Of a stretch of DNA of 64,000 nt, positions 11,916-24,240 are shown one piece after another. Origin of the DNA: Tubulanus polymorphus (taxonomy: Eukaryota > Animalia > Nemertea); assembly GCF_964204645.1 (NCBI RefSeq), contig NC_134032.1, positions 15,860,275 to 15,924,274 on the forward strand, given 5' to 3'. The first letter of the stretch is position 1. Each line of letters starts with the position of its first letter. A program made the position numbers and the translations under genes. Under the pieces are notes generated by a model, which saw only the letters and a program-made list of their open reading frames with translations, made no database searches and had not been told where the DNA came from.

Positions 11916-12943
11916 TTAAGACTTCAACTTACGTCTTTCGTAGGAGGTCCACGTTAAGGAATAGCCGTCGGATTCATCCCAAATCGAGGAACACATTTCA
12001 CATTTACAATTCTCTTGATCTTCGCTCGTTTCTGAATCTGTTTCAATGATTCTCATCAATGTACGGCACACGTAGTTCTTCAAATCACATTCACTCAACT
12101 GAGACTGAAACAAGAACGGATACACAGATCACTCATCGACTAGTTCGCCATCTATCGGATCGATAGTTCAGACAGCTGTCGTGGTTGTTATTGCAACAAA
12201 AGAGGAAAATGAAATATTTACAAATAATTAGTTCGTATTCAAATAATTAATTAGTTATTACACACTTGTCTTTTCTTGAAATGTAGCACTTGTAATCTGA
12301 CTGAGTAGCGTCTTGTACGTAGTTAAAATATTCCTTTGATTTAAGATAAAATCCCACTATTTACAGATTAAAAGAATTTAAAAACCAGAATTTATTTATT
12401 CAATCAAAAATATATAAAAGATACGACGTTTCGATCTCACCCTAGAGATCATCGTCAGGTCCTGAAATTAAATTCTTTTAATCTGTAAATAGTGGGATTT
12501 TATCTTATTATCCGTTCACCACGTTTGAGTGTGGTTATAGTTCTATTCCTTTGATTTGCTACCTGCAGAGGGCGATATGATCCGAAAACGTCGAGTTCAC
12601 CGTTTTTGCTAATTAGAAAATTCGGAACCTACTAATTAACCAATTCTAATCATTAGAAAATGTTGTTTGATATCACAAGGGCTCGTATCAGAGGTGCTGT
12701 TACTGCAAGCATGGTAATCTGTTAAATCCAGGCTGTACCCAGACACGAGCCCCTGTGGTTTATGGATTTTCGGTTACCATGGCAGAGTTCGAATTAACAA
12801 ATTCAACAATGGTTCTTTTCACTTACATCTTCGTCGGCAATCGGATTCTCGTAGTCACCGGCAACAACGGTCGCCCAACAGACGAGCAAGTACGCCGCAG
12901 ACGACGTCAACAATAACAACTTCCGGTACATGACGTAGCTCAT
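11916..12943 (-). CDS. Secreted Cys-rich protein resembling Argos/scoloptoxin-11-like family; 3' exons not found
   Basis: TATAAA at 12980-12975. Exon 12943 (or 12931)-12827 has signal peptide MYRKLLLLTSSAAYLLVCWATVVAG and a gtaagt donor. Exon 12628-12563 encodes VPNFLISKNGELDVFGSYRPLQ. Exon 12104-11933 encodes LSECDLKNYVC...NCKCEMCSSIWDESDGYSLTW, with a gtaagt donor or stop at 11916. Family call is from the remembered CxC..C...WD..DG.S pattern. Confidence 0.6.
12343..12543. mobile_element. Penelope-like retroelement fragment with inverted pLTR piece and 14-bp TSD
   Basis: TSD tattcctttgattt at 12329-12342 and 12544-12557; 40-bp perfect inverted repeat 12342-12381/12468-12507; hammerhead core inside. 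Confidence 0.75.
12423..12460 (-). ncRNA. Minimal type I hammerhead ribozyme motif
   Basis: Minus strand: ac-CTGACGA-t-GATCTC-tagggt-GAGATC-GAAAC-GTC-gt. Conserved core, 6-bp stem II, palindromic ACGU stem III, GUC triplet; stem I only 2 bp. Confidence 0.7.
12674..12757. mobile_element. Small MITE-like inverted-repeat element
   Basis: cacaagggctcgtatc ... gacacgagcccctgtg imperfect TIR. Confidence 0.5.
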
Positions 12944-13305
12944 TAGTTTATCGATTATTCGTGAATGTTTGAAATTTATAAAACTGAAAAATGGACTCAT
13001 TACAGTAAAACACGTGAGATCTTTGACGGTTCTTGGCGACTGCAGCAAAATCGACTTATTCAAATGTAAAGAGTAAAACGGTTCTTTGAGTGAAAGTCGT
13101 AGGAATCTGTTTTTACAAATGACGATTTACATTTAGTATTAGAAATATAAATTGGGACTCAAAAATAGAAATGACTTCAGTCATGTGACGACTTTATCCA
13201 AATGATGATTTACACTTTAAAATGATATGAATTAGAAATACCGAATACCGAAGACGAAAGAGTTATCTGTTATTTGAAACAGTTTTATATAGATGAGTTT
13301 CAAAA

Positions 13306-13326
13306 CAGAAAGAAAGAAAGAAGCAA

Positions 13327-13396
<70 letters not shown>

Positions 13397-13397
13397 A
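13306..13397. repeat. (AAAG)n microsatellite
   Basis: About 22 tetramers. Confidence 0.95.
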
Positions 13398-13624
13398 GAG
13401 GTGTCAGTCGTCTTCATAAACAACTAGGGGCGAGTTTAGTTTAGACGAGGAATTTGGTATCTTAAAAATATATTCGAAATTCCTAGGTTTTTATGGACAA
13501 ATCAGGTCTATTCTAATTCAATTACTGGGTTCGTACCCGGGACACCCCTGTACATCCTCTATTCAGCATCAGGACCACTCTGAATCAGTGTCAGTAATAA
13601 CTTTATTAAGATATCAACATTTCC

Positions 13625-13800
13625 CCGTACGGTTCTGCCGCTATGCTCATTGTTAGCGGGATTTTCATACACTAACGTTAGTCAACTCTGGCAAGCAATG
13701 GTTACGGAGTATTACTGGAGAGCACGTCGATTGCCAGAGTTGACTTTAGTTAGTGTACGAAAAACCCGCTAACGATGAGCAAAGCGGCAGTACCGTACGG
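13625..13800. mobile_element. Foldback MITE (~175 bp, ~70-bp arms); second copy 16858-17032
   Basis: ccgtacggttctgccgctatgctcattgttagcggg ... cccgctaacgatgagcaaagcggcagtaccgtacgg. Confidence 0.8.
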
Positions 13801-15096
13801 TCAAGACACCCGTGTACATCCTTTAATCAGCATCATAACCGCTCGGAAACAGTGTCAATAGACCGGGTTCGAACCCCTGTACATGTTCTATTCAGCATCA
13901 GCATCGTTTTCAAGCTTTTTTTTCACGCGAGAAATTTAGAATCGAAAATCGGAATTTATTATAAATTTCAGTGTCGTAACTTATTCACGGAAACAACGCG
14001 AGAATTAAAACTGTAGATGAATGATAAACGAGTCCCGAGGTTGTAATTTTCTATTCATCCCACCCTCCCTCCTACCCTCAACGGGCAACTTGAAATAAAA
14101 CATGATCATTATTCGTATAATTATTAATATATTGTACAGTAAACAGTTGTTGTACTTGATGCGATAAGATTTTTAGGCAAAATAGAAAATATAAAGGTAC
14201 AAATTGAAAATTGATATTATTTTGTGTGCTTATTTTCTATTTCTTCCATTCTTTGTGACGAGTCGGTCAGAATTTCGGATGCGGCATTATCTCGAATCTT
14301 CTATTGAATAGACGATAAGCGGGTTCGAACCTGAACAGATAAACCAAGGGCCCAGTTTCCACTGGGGCTCCCGTTCGGTGCTGCCCCTATATATAACATT
14401 AGCGGTAATTTTAGGAACTAACTCGATGGCACAATGTTCCTACTGCGGCATGCGAGTAATGAATTAGTTCACGTATTCGCCGTCTACGATGTATAGAGGC
14501 AGCACTTGACGGTTAAGTTTCAAACGGGTTGCGCTGCTTGGCCTTACAAACTATGGCATCCTCCCCCGGCAGGGGTTCGAACCTGATGGATATGCATGCT
14601 TACTCGTCCGTTCTTGGACTACTGGAAAATGATAAGTAATCCATTCTGTAAAAAGAGAATATTGCGTTTCACAGCGTTCGTTCGTTCGTAGTTCCATTAA
14701 AACCTCGCATTCAGGAAGCTGGATATATAGGGTCATTTATATTATGTAACGACTGCGCTGAGAGAAAGTCTTTAAAACGGTCATTTATTAGAATCAATTA
14801 TTAAAATACGAACGGGCATAAATCAAATTTCTCGAGAATTTCGAATCGTGTCAGTTTCGATCGTACGACGACACGCGGCAAGAGATTAATGATCGGGTGA
14901 TCGGCAGCAGGCGATACCGAGCTGGAATCTCAGATCAAAAAAGAAAATGATGCCGATTTTATCTGCTTCACCAAGAAAGTTAGTTAACTCATCTAGGTTG
15001 TCGAACGATACAACCATTTCAAACCATCACACGGCAAATAATATCTAAGATAACCCAAAATGATTTGAATCTTAACTACCATGTCACATATGCAAA

Positions 15097-15275
15097 TAGT
15101 GAAACCTCGTTATAACGAACTCGAATACAACGATTCATCGGATATTACAAATACAGAATTTCGTCCCAAGTAACAGAATTTCACTATAATTTCATACTGA
15201 ATATAACGAACTATCGGTTATAACAAACATACTTTCTCTGGCTCAGTGAAGTTCCGTTGTAATGAGGTTTCACTG
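15097..15275. mobile_element. Tc1/mariner-type MITE
   Basis: AGTGAAACCTCGTTATAACG ... CGTTGTAATGAGGTTTCACTG TIR; relatives at 43132-43345 and 60050-60367. Confidence 0.7.
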
Positions 15276-16093
15276 TGTTCAACAATACACGATGAATTAT
15301 TAGCACACGGATGGAGTCTAGACATTCACATGAATAAATAATGAATTTTGCCGCTATACGTTTCGTGTTACATTGAAATCAAATACATATATTTGAATTA
15401 TTTAGTATAGATAGATATATATATTTTAAAAGTAGACCTACAAGCACTCGACTACACAAAAACAAAACCCTCGTCCTAGAGAGAGAGGAGTCATGGGGAG
15501 AGAGGAAGAGCGTGAGGGAAGGAGAGAGATGAGGAGAAGAGGGGAAGAAAGACAGTGAGGTGAAGAGAGCCAACTCTCTTCACTATCAACCTAGCCAACT
15601 AGAAAAAACGTTCGTTCACTATTTGAGTCCGCGTTTAGCCGTAGAAAATACCAAATTCAGACAGAAAAAAGAAAAGATTCCTTTAGTTTTGGATTTTGTG
15701 ATTCCTGAAGATGAATGCGATTGTAGTGGAGATGTTGAAAATGAATCATTAAAAATGAAGGAAATCATTTCTGGTTTTTTTCTTTCAGAATGCGCGGTTT
15801 TTTTTACTACTCACAATGATCTCAATCCTGTTCGTAACTCCAATGCGAACTTTTCATTAAAAACATTAACTCAGATGATCTTTAGGTTCATATATAGGGT
15901 GAATTTTACGAATAACAATTCAAAGAATTGATTCTGAGAAGAAATTCGGGTTGTTATCTGAATGCACACTAGCGAACCTGGTGGATCCTCGCTTGCCACG
16001 AGTGGAATCATCGATTCCCAGAGTCGAACGTAGAGTCCTCATTCCTGCAACATTCAAAAATCGAGTACTCTTATTTGATAGACGATCGTGCAA

Positions 16094-17840
16094 TCAAGCA
16101 TCAGGACCACTGAACAGTAATAACTGGGTTCCAACCCGGGACACCCCTGTACATCCTCTATTCAGTATCAGGACCCACTCTGAATCGGTATCAGTAATAA
16201 CTGGGTTCGAACTTGAGACACCCCCTGTACATCGTCTATTGCAAGATGTAGACTGAACAGATGCCATATCAGTCACGCAGTTACTTTAACCAGTGTCAAT
16301 TCTGGGGGGTTGGCATGTTAAGTCAGACTAGACAATGCAGGATTTTCAGTCTTCTCAACTCCAAGATAAGATTATAGATTATATATATATAAGATAACCA
16401 ATTATCAACCAAAATGGAATATATTTATTGATCAATAACAAAAAAACAAAACAAGTCAAGAGCAAACAGAATCTTAAGTAAATCTATGAGTAAAGCAACA
16501 CAAAACATTCATAACGTATTTACAAATACAAACAAGGTTAATTGCATAGTGGAAATACAAAGAAGGCAATTTGGAAAAGACCTCAAAACTCAAAATCACT
16601 TTCGGTTTTATTTTTTTCTGATACTAGCCCCTGTACATCGTCTATTCAGCATCATTGTCAGTAATAACTGGGTTCAGTGTCAGTAATAACCGTGTACATC
16701 GTCTATTCAGCATCATTGTCAGTAATTACTGGGTTCAGTGTCAGTAATAACCGTGTACATCGTCTATTCAGCATCATTGTCAGTAATTACTGGGTTCAGT
16801 GTCAGTAATAACCGTGTACATCGTCTATTCAGCATCATTGTCAGTAATTACTGGGTTCGTATGGTGCTGCCGCTATGGTTATTGTAAGCGAGATTTTCAT
16901 AAACTAACGTAAGTCTACTCTGGCATGCTAGGATCACGGAGTATAACTGGACAGCACTTCGATTGCCAGGGTTGACAAACATTAGTGTATGAAAATCCCG
17001 CTAACGATGAGCATAGTGGCAGCACCGTACGGCCGGATTGTACACGGATTCGCATTAACTGGATCCTCTATCCTCATAGTGATCCCACTCTGGATCGGTG
17101 TCAGTAATTACTAGATTCGAAACCGGGACACCCCTGTACATCCTCTATTCAGCATCAGGACCCACTCTGAATCAGTGTCAGTAATAACTGGATTCAGTGT
17201 CAGTAACTGTGTACACCCCTTGTACACCCTCCATTCAGCATCAGGACCACTCTGAATCAGTGTCAGTAATTACTGGATTCAGTGTCAGTAACTGTGTACA
17301 CCCCCTGTACACTCTCCATTCAGCATCAGGACCACTCTGAATCAGTATCAGTAATTACTGGATTCAGTGTCAGTAACTGTGTACACCCCCTGTACATCCT
17401 CTATTCAGCATCAGGACCACTCTGAATCAGTATCAGTAATTACTGGATTCAGTGTCAGTAACTGTGTACACCCCCTGTACATCCTCTATTCAGCATCAGG
17501 ACCCACTCTGAATTGGTATCAGTAATAACTGGGTTCGAATTTGAGACACCCCCTGTACATCGTCTATTGCAAGATGTAGACTGAAAAGATGCCATATCAG
17601 TCACGCAGTTACTTTAACCAGTGTCAATTCTGGGGGGTTGGTATGTTAAGTCAGACTAGACAATGCAGGATTTTCAGTCTTCTCAACTCCAAGATAAGAT
17701 TAAAGATTATATATATATAAGATAACCAATTATCAACCAAAATGGAATATATTTATTGATCAATAACAAAAAAAAACAAAACAAGTCAAGAGCAAACAGA
17801 ATCTTAAGTAAATCTATGAGTAAAGCAACACAAAACATTG
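16094..17840. repeat. Complex repeat: 60-89 bp units plus ~350-bp direct duplication (16150-16510 / 17475-17840)
   Basis: Repeated ccctgtacatcctctattcagcatcaggaccactctgaatcagtgtcagtaataactggg, also at 13524-13600; the blocks ending aaagcaacacaaaacatt are near-identical. Confidence 0.85.
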
Positions 17841-18059
17841 AATGAATCAAGGGGAAGACGCAAAGTCTTAACAACATGTTACAATACACATGGAACCGAG
17901 TGCTGCACATTATCAGTTCCATCACAAAACAACATCATCAACACTTATAAATCAATCTAAGATATTTAAACAGTTTTATTTTCATTAGAACAAAAATAAG
18001 AATATAATTGAACATTATCGGATACAAGTTGTTCAAGTCACAGAAAAAAGAATTCCCCA

Positions 18060-20800
18060 GAAGTCGTGACACTGATTACAGATAGAGTGAGTCTCTGCAG
18101 CAGTGAACAGTACTCAGTCTATGAATATCCTCGATGCATGAAGTCAAAATCTGAGTTTACATCCTCAACAGTGAAATACAACATCTCAACATTTATTTAC
18201 AAAAGATAAAACGCAAAGTCGAAATAAACAAACACAGACATAAGTCAAGAACAGGACACAACCAAAACAAGATGTCCAAAAATTCCAAATATGCGGTAAT
18301 GAATTCTCAAGTAGTGCAAACATGCAGGAATTTATTTACAAAATTATTTACAAACGATAAAACGCAAAGTCGTAATAAACAAACACAGACATAGGACACA
18401 CCCAAAACAAGATGTCCGTATGTGAGAAAGAATTCTCTAGAAGTGCGGACACGCGGGAATGAATTCTCCAGTAGTCCGAACACGCGAATGTATTCCCCAG
18501 AAGTCCGAACACGCGAATGTATTCTCCAGAAGTCCGAACACACAAATGTATTCTCCTGAAGACAGAACACGCGAATGAATTCTCCAGTAGTCTGAACACG
18601 CGGATGTATTCTACTGGAGACGGAACACGCGGATGTATTCTTCAGTAGTCTGAACACTTGAATAGATTCTCCAAGTTCCAGCCTCCTAATGTAGCCATCT
18701 GAATCTTACTATTTCAACATGACTTCAAACATTTTCACCTAGAAGACAAATTAAACATCAAATAAATTAAGGATATTTTCAACAGCAGAAAAATCATTAA
18801 CATGTCATTTATCGATTACAATTTATACCTGATTCATATTCCGGGACTTTATTTTCTGGTAACAACAGAAAACCTTTCTACAACAACAAAACATGAAATA
18901 TGAATGACCATCTTCATTTTTGAGACCCTTCCTACTTAGAAATTCATTTCAATTATACCTGATTTATAGTCAAATTCAGATGTATGACTGATCCTTGTTG
19001 GCAGGACTTATAGTAAACTGTGCTCTTGAATTGGAAGCATCTCTGTAAACTGTGAACTTCCTTTTCTCTGGACTTTCGACAATGATATCTTTAAATTGAT
19101 ATCTCCGTTAAGGCGTTTCCACTTTCTGCGGTAAGGCATGTCTAATGACAGAAATCATTTCGCCTTCCTACAACAACAATACATGAAATATAGATTACCT
19201 TCTTCATTTTTAGACCCTTCCTACTTAGAAATTGTGTTTAAATTATACCTGATTTATAGTCAAATTCAGATGTATGACTGATGCTTGTTGTGGTGGAACT
19301 TATAGTAAACTGTGCCCTTGAATTGCATATAATATACAAAGAACTCTGAACACGCAAACATATTATCCAGAAGACAGAACACGCGGATGTATTCTTCAGT
19401 AGGCCGAACACACGACTGGATTCTCCAAGTTCCAGCCTCCAAATGTAGCCATCTGAATCATACAATTTCAACATGACTTCACAAATCTTCAGTCTAAACA
19501 CGCGAATGTATTCCCCAGAAGTCTGAACACGAGAATGAATTCTCCTGAAGTCTGAACACGAGAATGTATTCTCCTGAAGTCCGAACACGAGAATGTATTC
19601 TCCTGAAGTCTGAACACGCGGATGTATTCTTCAGTAGTCTGAACACGCGAATAGATTCTCCAAGTTCCAGCCTCCTAATGTAGCCATCTGAATCTTACTA
19701 TTTCAACATGACTTCAAACATTTTCACCTAGAAGACAAATTAAACATCAAATATTAAGGATAGTTTCAACAGTCAATAAATCGTTAACATGTTATTTAAC
19801 GATTACAATTTATACCTGATTCAAAGTCAGTTCAGACTAATGTTCATGTTAAATATGAATAAATCATCATTTTTTAAGCTTGAAAACATTATGAATACAA
19901 TTCTAATATTTACCTGATTTAGAGTCATTTCAGACGAATGACTTGTTTTGTCCTCTGTAACTTTGTTCTGGTAACGACAGAAACCTTTCTACAATGATAA
20001 AACATGAAATATAAATTACCGTCTTCATTTTTGAGATCCTTCCTACTTAGAAATTGTGTTTCAATTATACCTGATTTATAGTCAAATTCAGATGTATGAC
20101 TGATCCTTGTTGGCAGGACGTATAGTAAACTGTGCTCTTGGATTGAAAGCATCTCTGTAAACTGCCAACTTCCTTTACTCTGGAGTTTCGACAATGATAT
20201 CTTTAAATTGATATCTCCGTTAAGGCGTTTCCACTTTCTGCGGTAAGGCATGTCTAATGACAGAAATCCCTTCGCCTTCCTACAACAACAATACATGAAA
20301 TATAGATTACCTTCTTCATTTTTAGACCCTTCCTCATCAGAAATTGTGTTTAAATTATACCTGATTTATAGTCAAATTCAGATGTATGACTGATCCTTGT
20401 TGTGGTGGAACTTATAGTAAACTCTTGAATTGGAAGCATCTCTGTAAACTGCCAACTTCCTTTTCTCTGGACTTTCTTGTATTCAACAATGATATCTTTA
20501 CATGTCATTGTTTTCTCTGAGCTCTTGTTTACATTGTTTATATTTTCATTTGCAATTAATTGTTTTTTTCCATGACAAACAATAATAACACGAATGTCAC
20601 AAACAGCTGACATTTTACCTCAATGAACCCGCGGGTGTCTTCATGTTTTTAGTGCCATTTCATGCAAGTGCTTTAGTGTATGGACGCATGCTAAGTGCAA
20701 GTGCTTTAGTGAGAGACATCAGGTGTAAAGTGAGATGTCAATTGTTTTCGCCGGCGTTCACGATGATCGCGATCATCTCTTTTACAGCGATACAACCTGG
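18060..20800 (-). pseudogene. Decayed, internally duplicated exon-like modules of an unidentified gene, interrupted by a ~29-bp minisatellite
   Basis: Four copies of a module ending gactataaatcag|gtataat (~18960, 19250, 20070, 20360); three copies of EVMLKLYDSDGYIWRLELGES-like segments, some with stops; gaacacgcgaatgtattctccagaagtcc arrays at 18430-18660 and 19340-19650. Confidence 0.35.
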
Positions 20801-20989
20801 AAAGAATCAACTTCGATAGTTTTAAGCTTTGTAACCTCAGGTTCAGCATGGTCAGACCTGATAGAACCTATTTTACTCCACAAGCAGTGAAGTAATATGC
20901 ACAAAAACACCACAGAAATCAGCATCAGAGATTTTCCTCAATGAAAATGCTTGACATTTTAAGAAGGCACAAAAAGGAAAGGAAATTCA

Positions 20990-23960
20990 AAGACTCAATA
21001 TCACCGGAGTCAATCAATAAACATAGAGCAGTAACCAGCAGCAATGAAACAAGTGTCTTCACTTAAAAAATCAGTTTATGTAATATTTATACTGGACATT
21101 TCAAGAAGGCATGAAAAGGAAAGCACTCAAAGACTCAATATCCACGTAGTCAATCAATAAACATAGAGCAGTAACCAGCAGCAATGAAACAAGTGTCATC
21201 ACTTACAATAAATCAGTTTATGTAATATTCATACTCGACATTTCAAGAAGGCATGAAAAGGAAAGCACGCAAAGACTCAATATCACCGTAGTCAATCAAT
21301 AAACATAGAGCAGTAACCAGCAGCAATGAAACAAGTGTCTTCACTTAAGAAATCAGTTTATGCAATATTCATACTCGACATTTCAAGAAGGCATGAAAAG
21401 GAAAGCACTCAGACTCAATATCACCTTGAGGTCAATCAATAAACATAGAGCAGTAACCAGCAGCAATGAAACAAGTGTCATCACTTACAATAGATCAGTT
21501 TATGTAATATTTATACTCGTCATTTCAAGAAGGCATGAAAAGGAAAGCACTCAAAGACTCAATATCACCGGAGTCAATCGATAAACATAGAGCAGTAACC
21601 AGCAGCAATGAAACAAGTGTCTTACTTAGAATAAATCAGTTGATGCAATATTCATACTCGTCATTTCAAGAAGGCATGAAAAGGAAAGCACTCAAAGACT
21701 CAATATCACTGGAGTCAATCAGTAAACATAGAGCAGTAACCAGCAGCAATGAAACAAGTGTCATCACTTACAATAAATCAGTTTATGTAATATTTATACT
21801 CAACATTTCAAGAAGGCATGAAAAGAAAAGGACTCAAAAGACTCAATATCACCGTAGTCAATCAATAAACATAGAGCAGTAACCAGCAGCAATGAAACAA
21901 GTGTCATCACTTAGAATAAATCAGTATATGTAATATTCATACTCGTCATTTCAAGAAGGCATGAAAAGGAAAGCACTCAAAGACTCAATATCACCGTAGT
22001 CAATCGATAAACATAGAGCAGTAACCAGCAGCAATGAAACAAGTGTCATCACTTAGAATAAATCAGTTTATGCAATATTCATACTCGTCATTTCAAGAAG
22101 GCATGAAAAGGAAAGCACTCAAAGACTCAATATCACCGGAGTCAATCGATAAACATAGAGCAGTAACCAGCAGCAATGAAACAAGTGTCTTACTTAGAAT
22201 AAATCAGTTTATGCAATATTCATACTCGTCATTCCAAGAAGGCATGAAAAGGAAAGCACTCAAAGACTCAATATCACCGGAGTCAATCAATAAACATCGA
22301 GCAGTAACCAGCAGCAATGAAACAAGTGTCATCACTTACAATAAATCAGTTTATGTAATATTTATACTCGACATTTCAAGAAGGCATGAAAAGAAAAGGA
22401 CTCAAAAGACTCAATATCACCGGAGTCAATCAATAAACATAGAGCAGTAACCAGCAGCAATGAAACAAGTGTCTTCACTAATAATAAATCAGTTTATGTA
22501 ATATTTATACTCGTCATTTCAAGAAGGCATGAAAAGGAAAGCACTCAAAGATTCAATATCACCGGAGTCAATCGATAAACATAGAGCAGTAACCAGCAGC
22601 AATGAAACAAGTGTCTTCACTAATAATAAATCAGTTTATGTAATATTTATACTCGTCATTTCAAGAAGGCATGAAAAGGAAAGCACTCAAAGACTCAATA
22701 TCACCGGAGTCAATCGATAAACATAGAGCAGTAACCAGCAGCAATGAAACAAGTGTCATCACTTACAATAAATCAGTTTATGTAATATTTATACTCGTCA
22801 TTTCAAGAAGGCATGAAAAGAAAAGGACTCAAAGACTCAATATCACCGTAGTCAATCAATAAACATAGAGCAGTAACCAGCAGCAATGAAACAAGTGTCT
22901 TCACTAATAATAAATCAGTTTATGTAATATTTATACTCGTCATTTCAAGAAGGCATGAAAAGGAAAGCACTCAAAGACTCAATATCCCCGTAGTCAATCA
23001 ATAAACATAGAGCAGTAACCAGCAGCAATGAAACAAGTGTCTTCACTAATAATAAATCAGTTTATGTAATATTTATACTCGTCATTTCAAGAAGGCATGA
23101 AAAGGAAAGCACTCAAAGACTCAATATCACCTTGTAGTCAATCAATAAACATAGAGCAGTAACCAGCAGCAATGAAACAAGTGTCTTCACTAATAATAAA
23201 TCAGTTTATGTAATATTTATACTCGTCATTTCAAGAAGGCATGAAAAGGAAAGCACTCAAAGACTCAATATCACCGGAGTCAATCGATAAACATAGAGCA
23301 GTAACCAGCAGCAATGAAACAAGTGTCTTCACTAATAATAAATCAGTTTATGTAATATTTATACTCGTCATTTCAAGAAGGCATGAAAAGGAAAGCACTC
23401 AAAGACTCAATATCACCTTGTAGTCAATCAATAAACATAGAGCAGTAACCAGCAGCAATGAAACAAGTGTCATCACTTACAATAAATCAGTATATGTAAT
23501 ATTTATACTCGTCATTTCAAGAAGGCATGAAAAGGAAAGCACTCAAAGACTCAATATCACCGGAGTCAATCGATAAACATAGAGCAGTAACCAGCAGCAA
23601 TGAAACAAGTGTCATCACTTACAATAAATCAGTTTATGTAATATTTATACTCGTCATTTCAAGAAGGCATGAAAAGAAAAGGACTCAAAGACTCAATATC
23701 CGCGTAGTCAATCAATAAACATAGAGCAGTAACCAGCAGCAATGAAACAAGTGTCTTCACTAATAATAAATCAGTTTATGTAATATTTATACTCGTCATT
23801 TCAAGAAGGCATGAAAAGGAAAGCACTCAAAGACTCAAAGACTCAACATCACCGGAGTCAATCAATAAACATAGAGCAGTAACCAGCAGCAATGAAACAA
23901 GTGTCATCACTTAGAATAAATCAGTTTATGTAATATTTATACTCGTCATTTCAAGATGGT
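20990..23960. repeat. ~142-bp satellite, about 21 copies
   Basis: Unit aaagactcaatatcaccggagtcaatcaataaacatagagcagtaaccagcagcaatgaaacaagtgtc...gaaggcatgaaaaggaaagcactc. Confidence 0.97.
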
Positions 23961-24240
23961 AAGCAAAGGGGGAAACACTAAGACTCAATTAGCAACTGTT
24001 ATGGATACGGAGGCCAGCGATGGTTTTGGTCTTCGAAAAAACACTGGTTGAATCCGATAAAATTGCCTGGTTTTGATAAACTTTGAAGGCAATCAAACTA
24101 TCCTCGAACTAACGACCATCCTGAACAAAAGGTTTGGCAAGGGACTCTCTAACGAGCCATTTAAAAGGTAGGATTACCTGATGCTGGGGAATTGCAAGAA
24201 GATGGTAAATCTGCATGAACTTGGACACATATTCGGCCAA

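Noticed and set aside
12265-12342. Idea that the Penelope insertion disrupts a coding exon
   Set aside because: The phase-0 donor at 12563 joins the phase-0 acceptor at 12104 cleanly, so the insertion is intronic.
21360-23718. Repeated MKRKALKDS ORFs
   Set aside because: Translations of the 142-bp satellite, with frame-shifting unit lengths.
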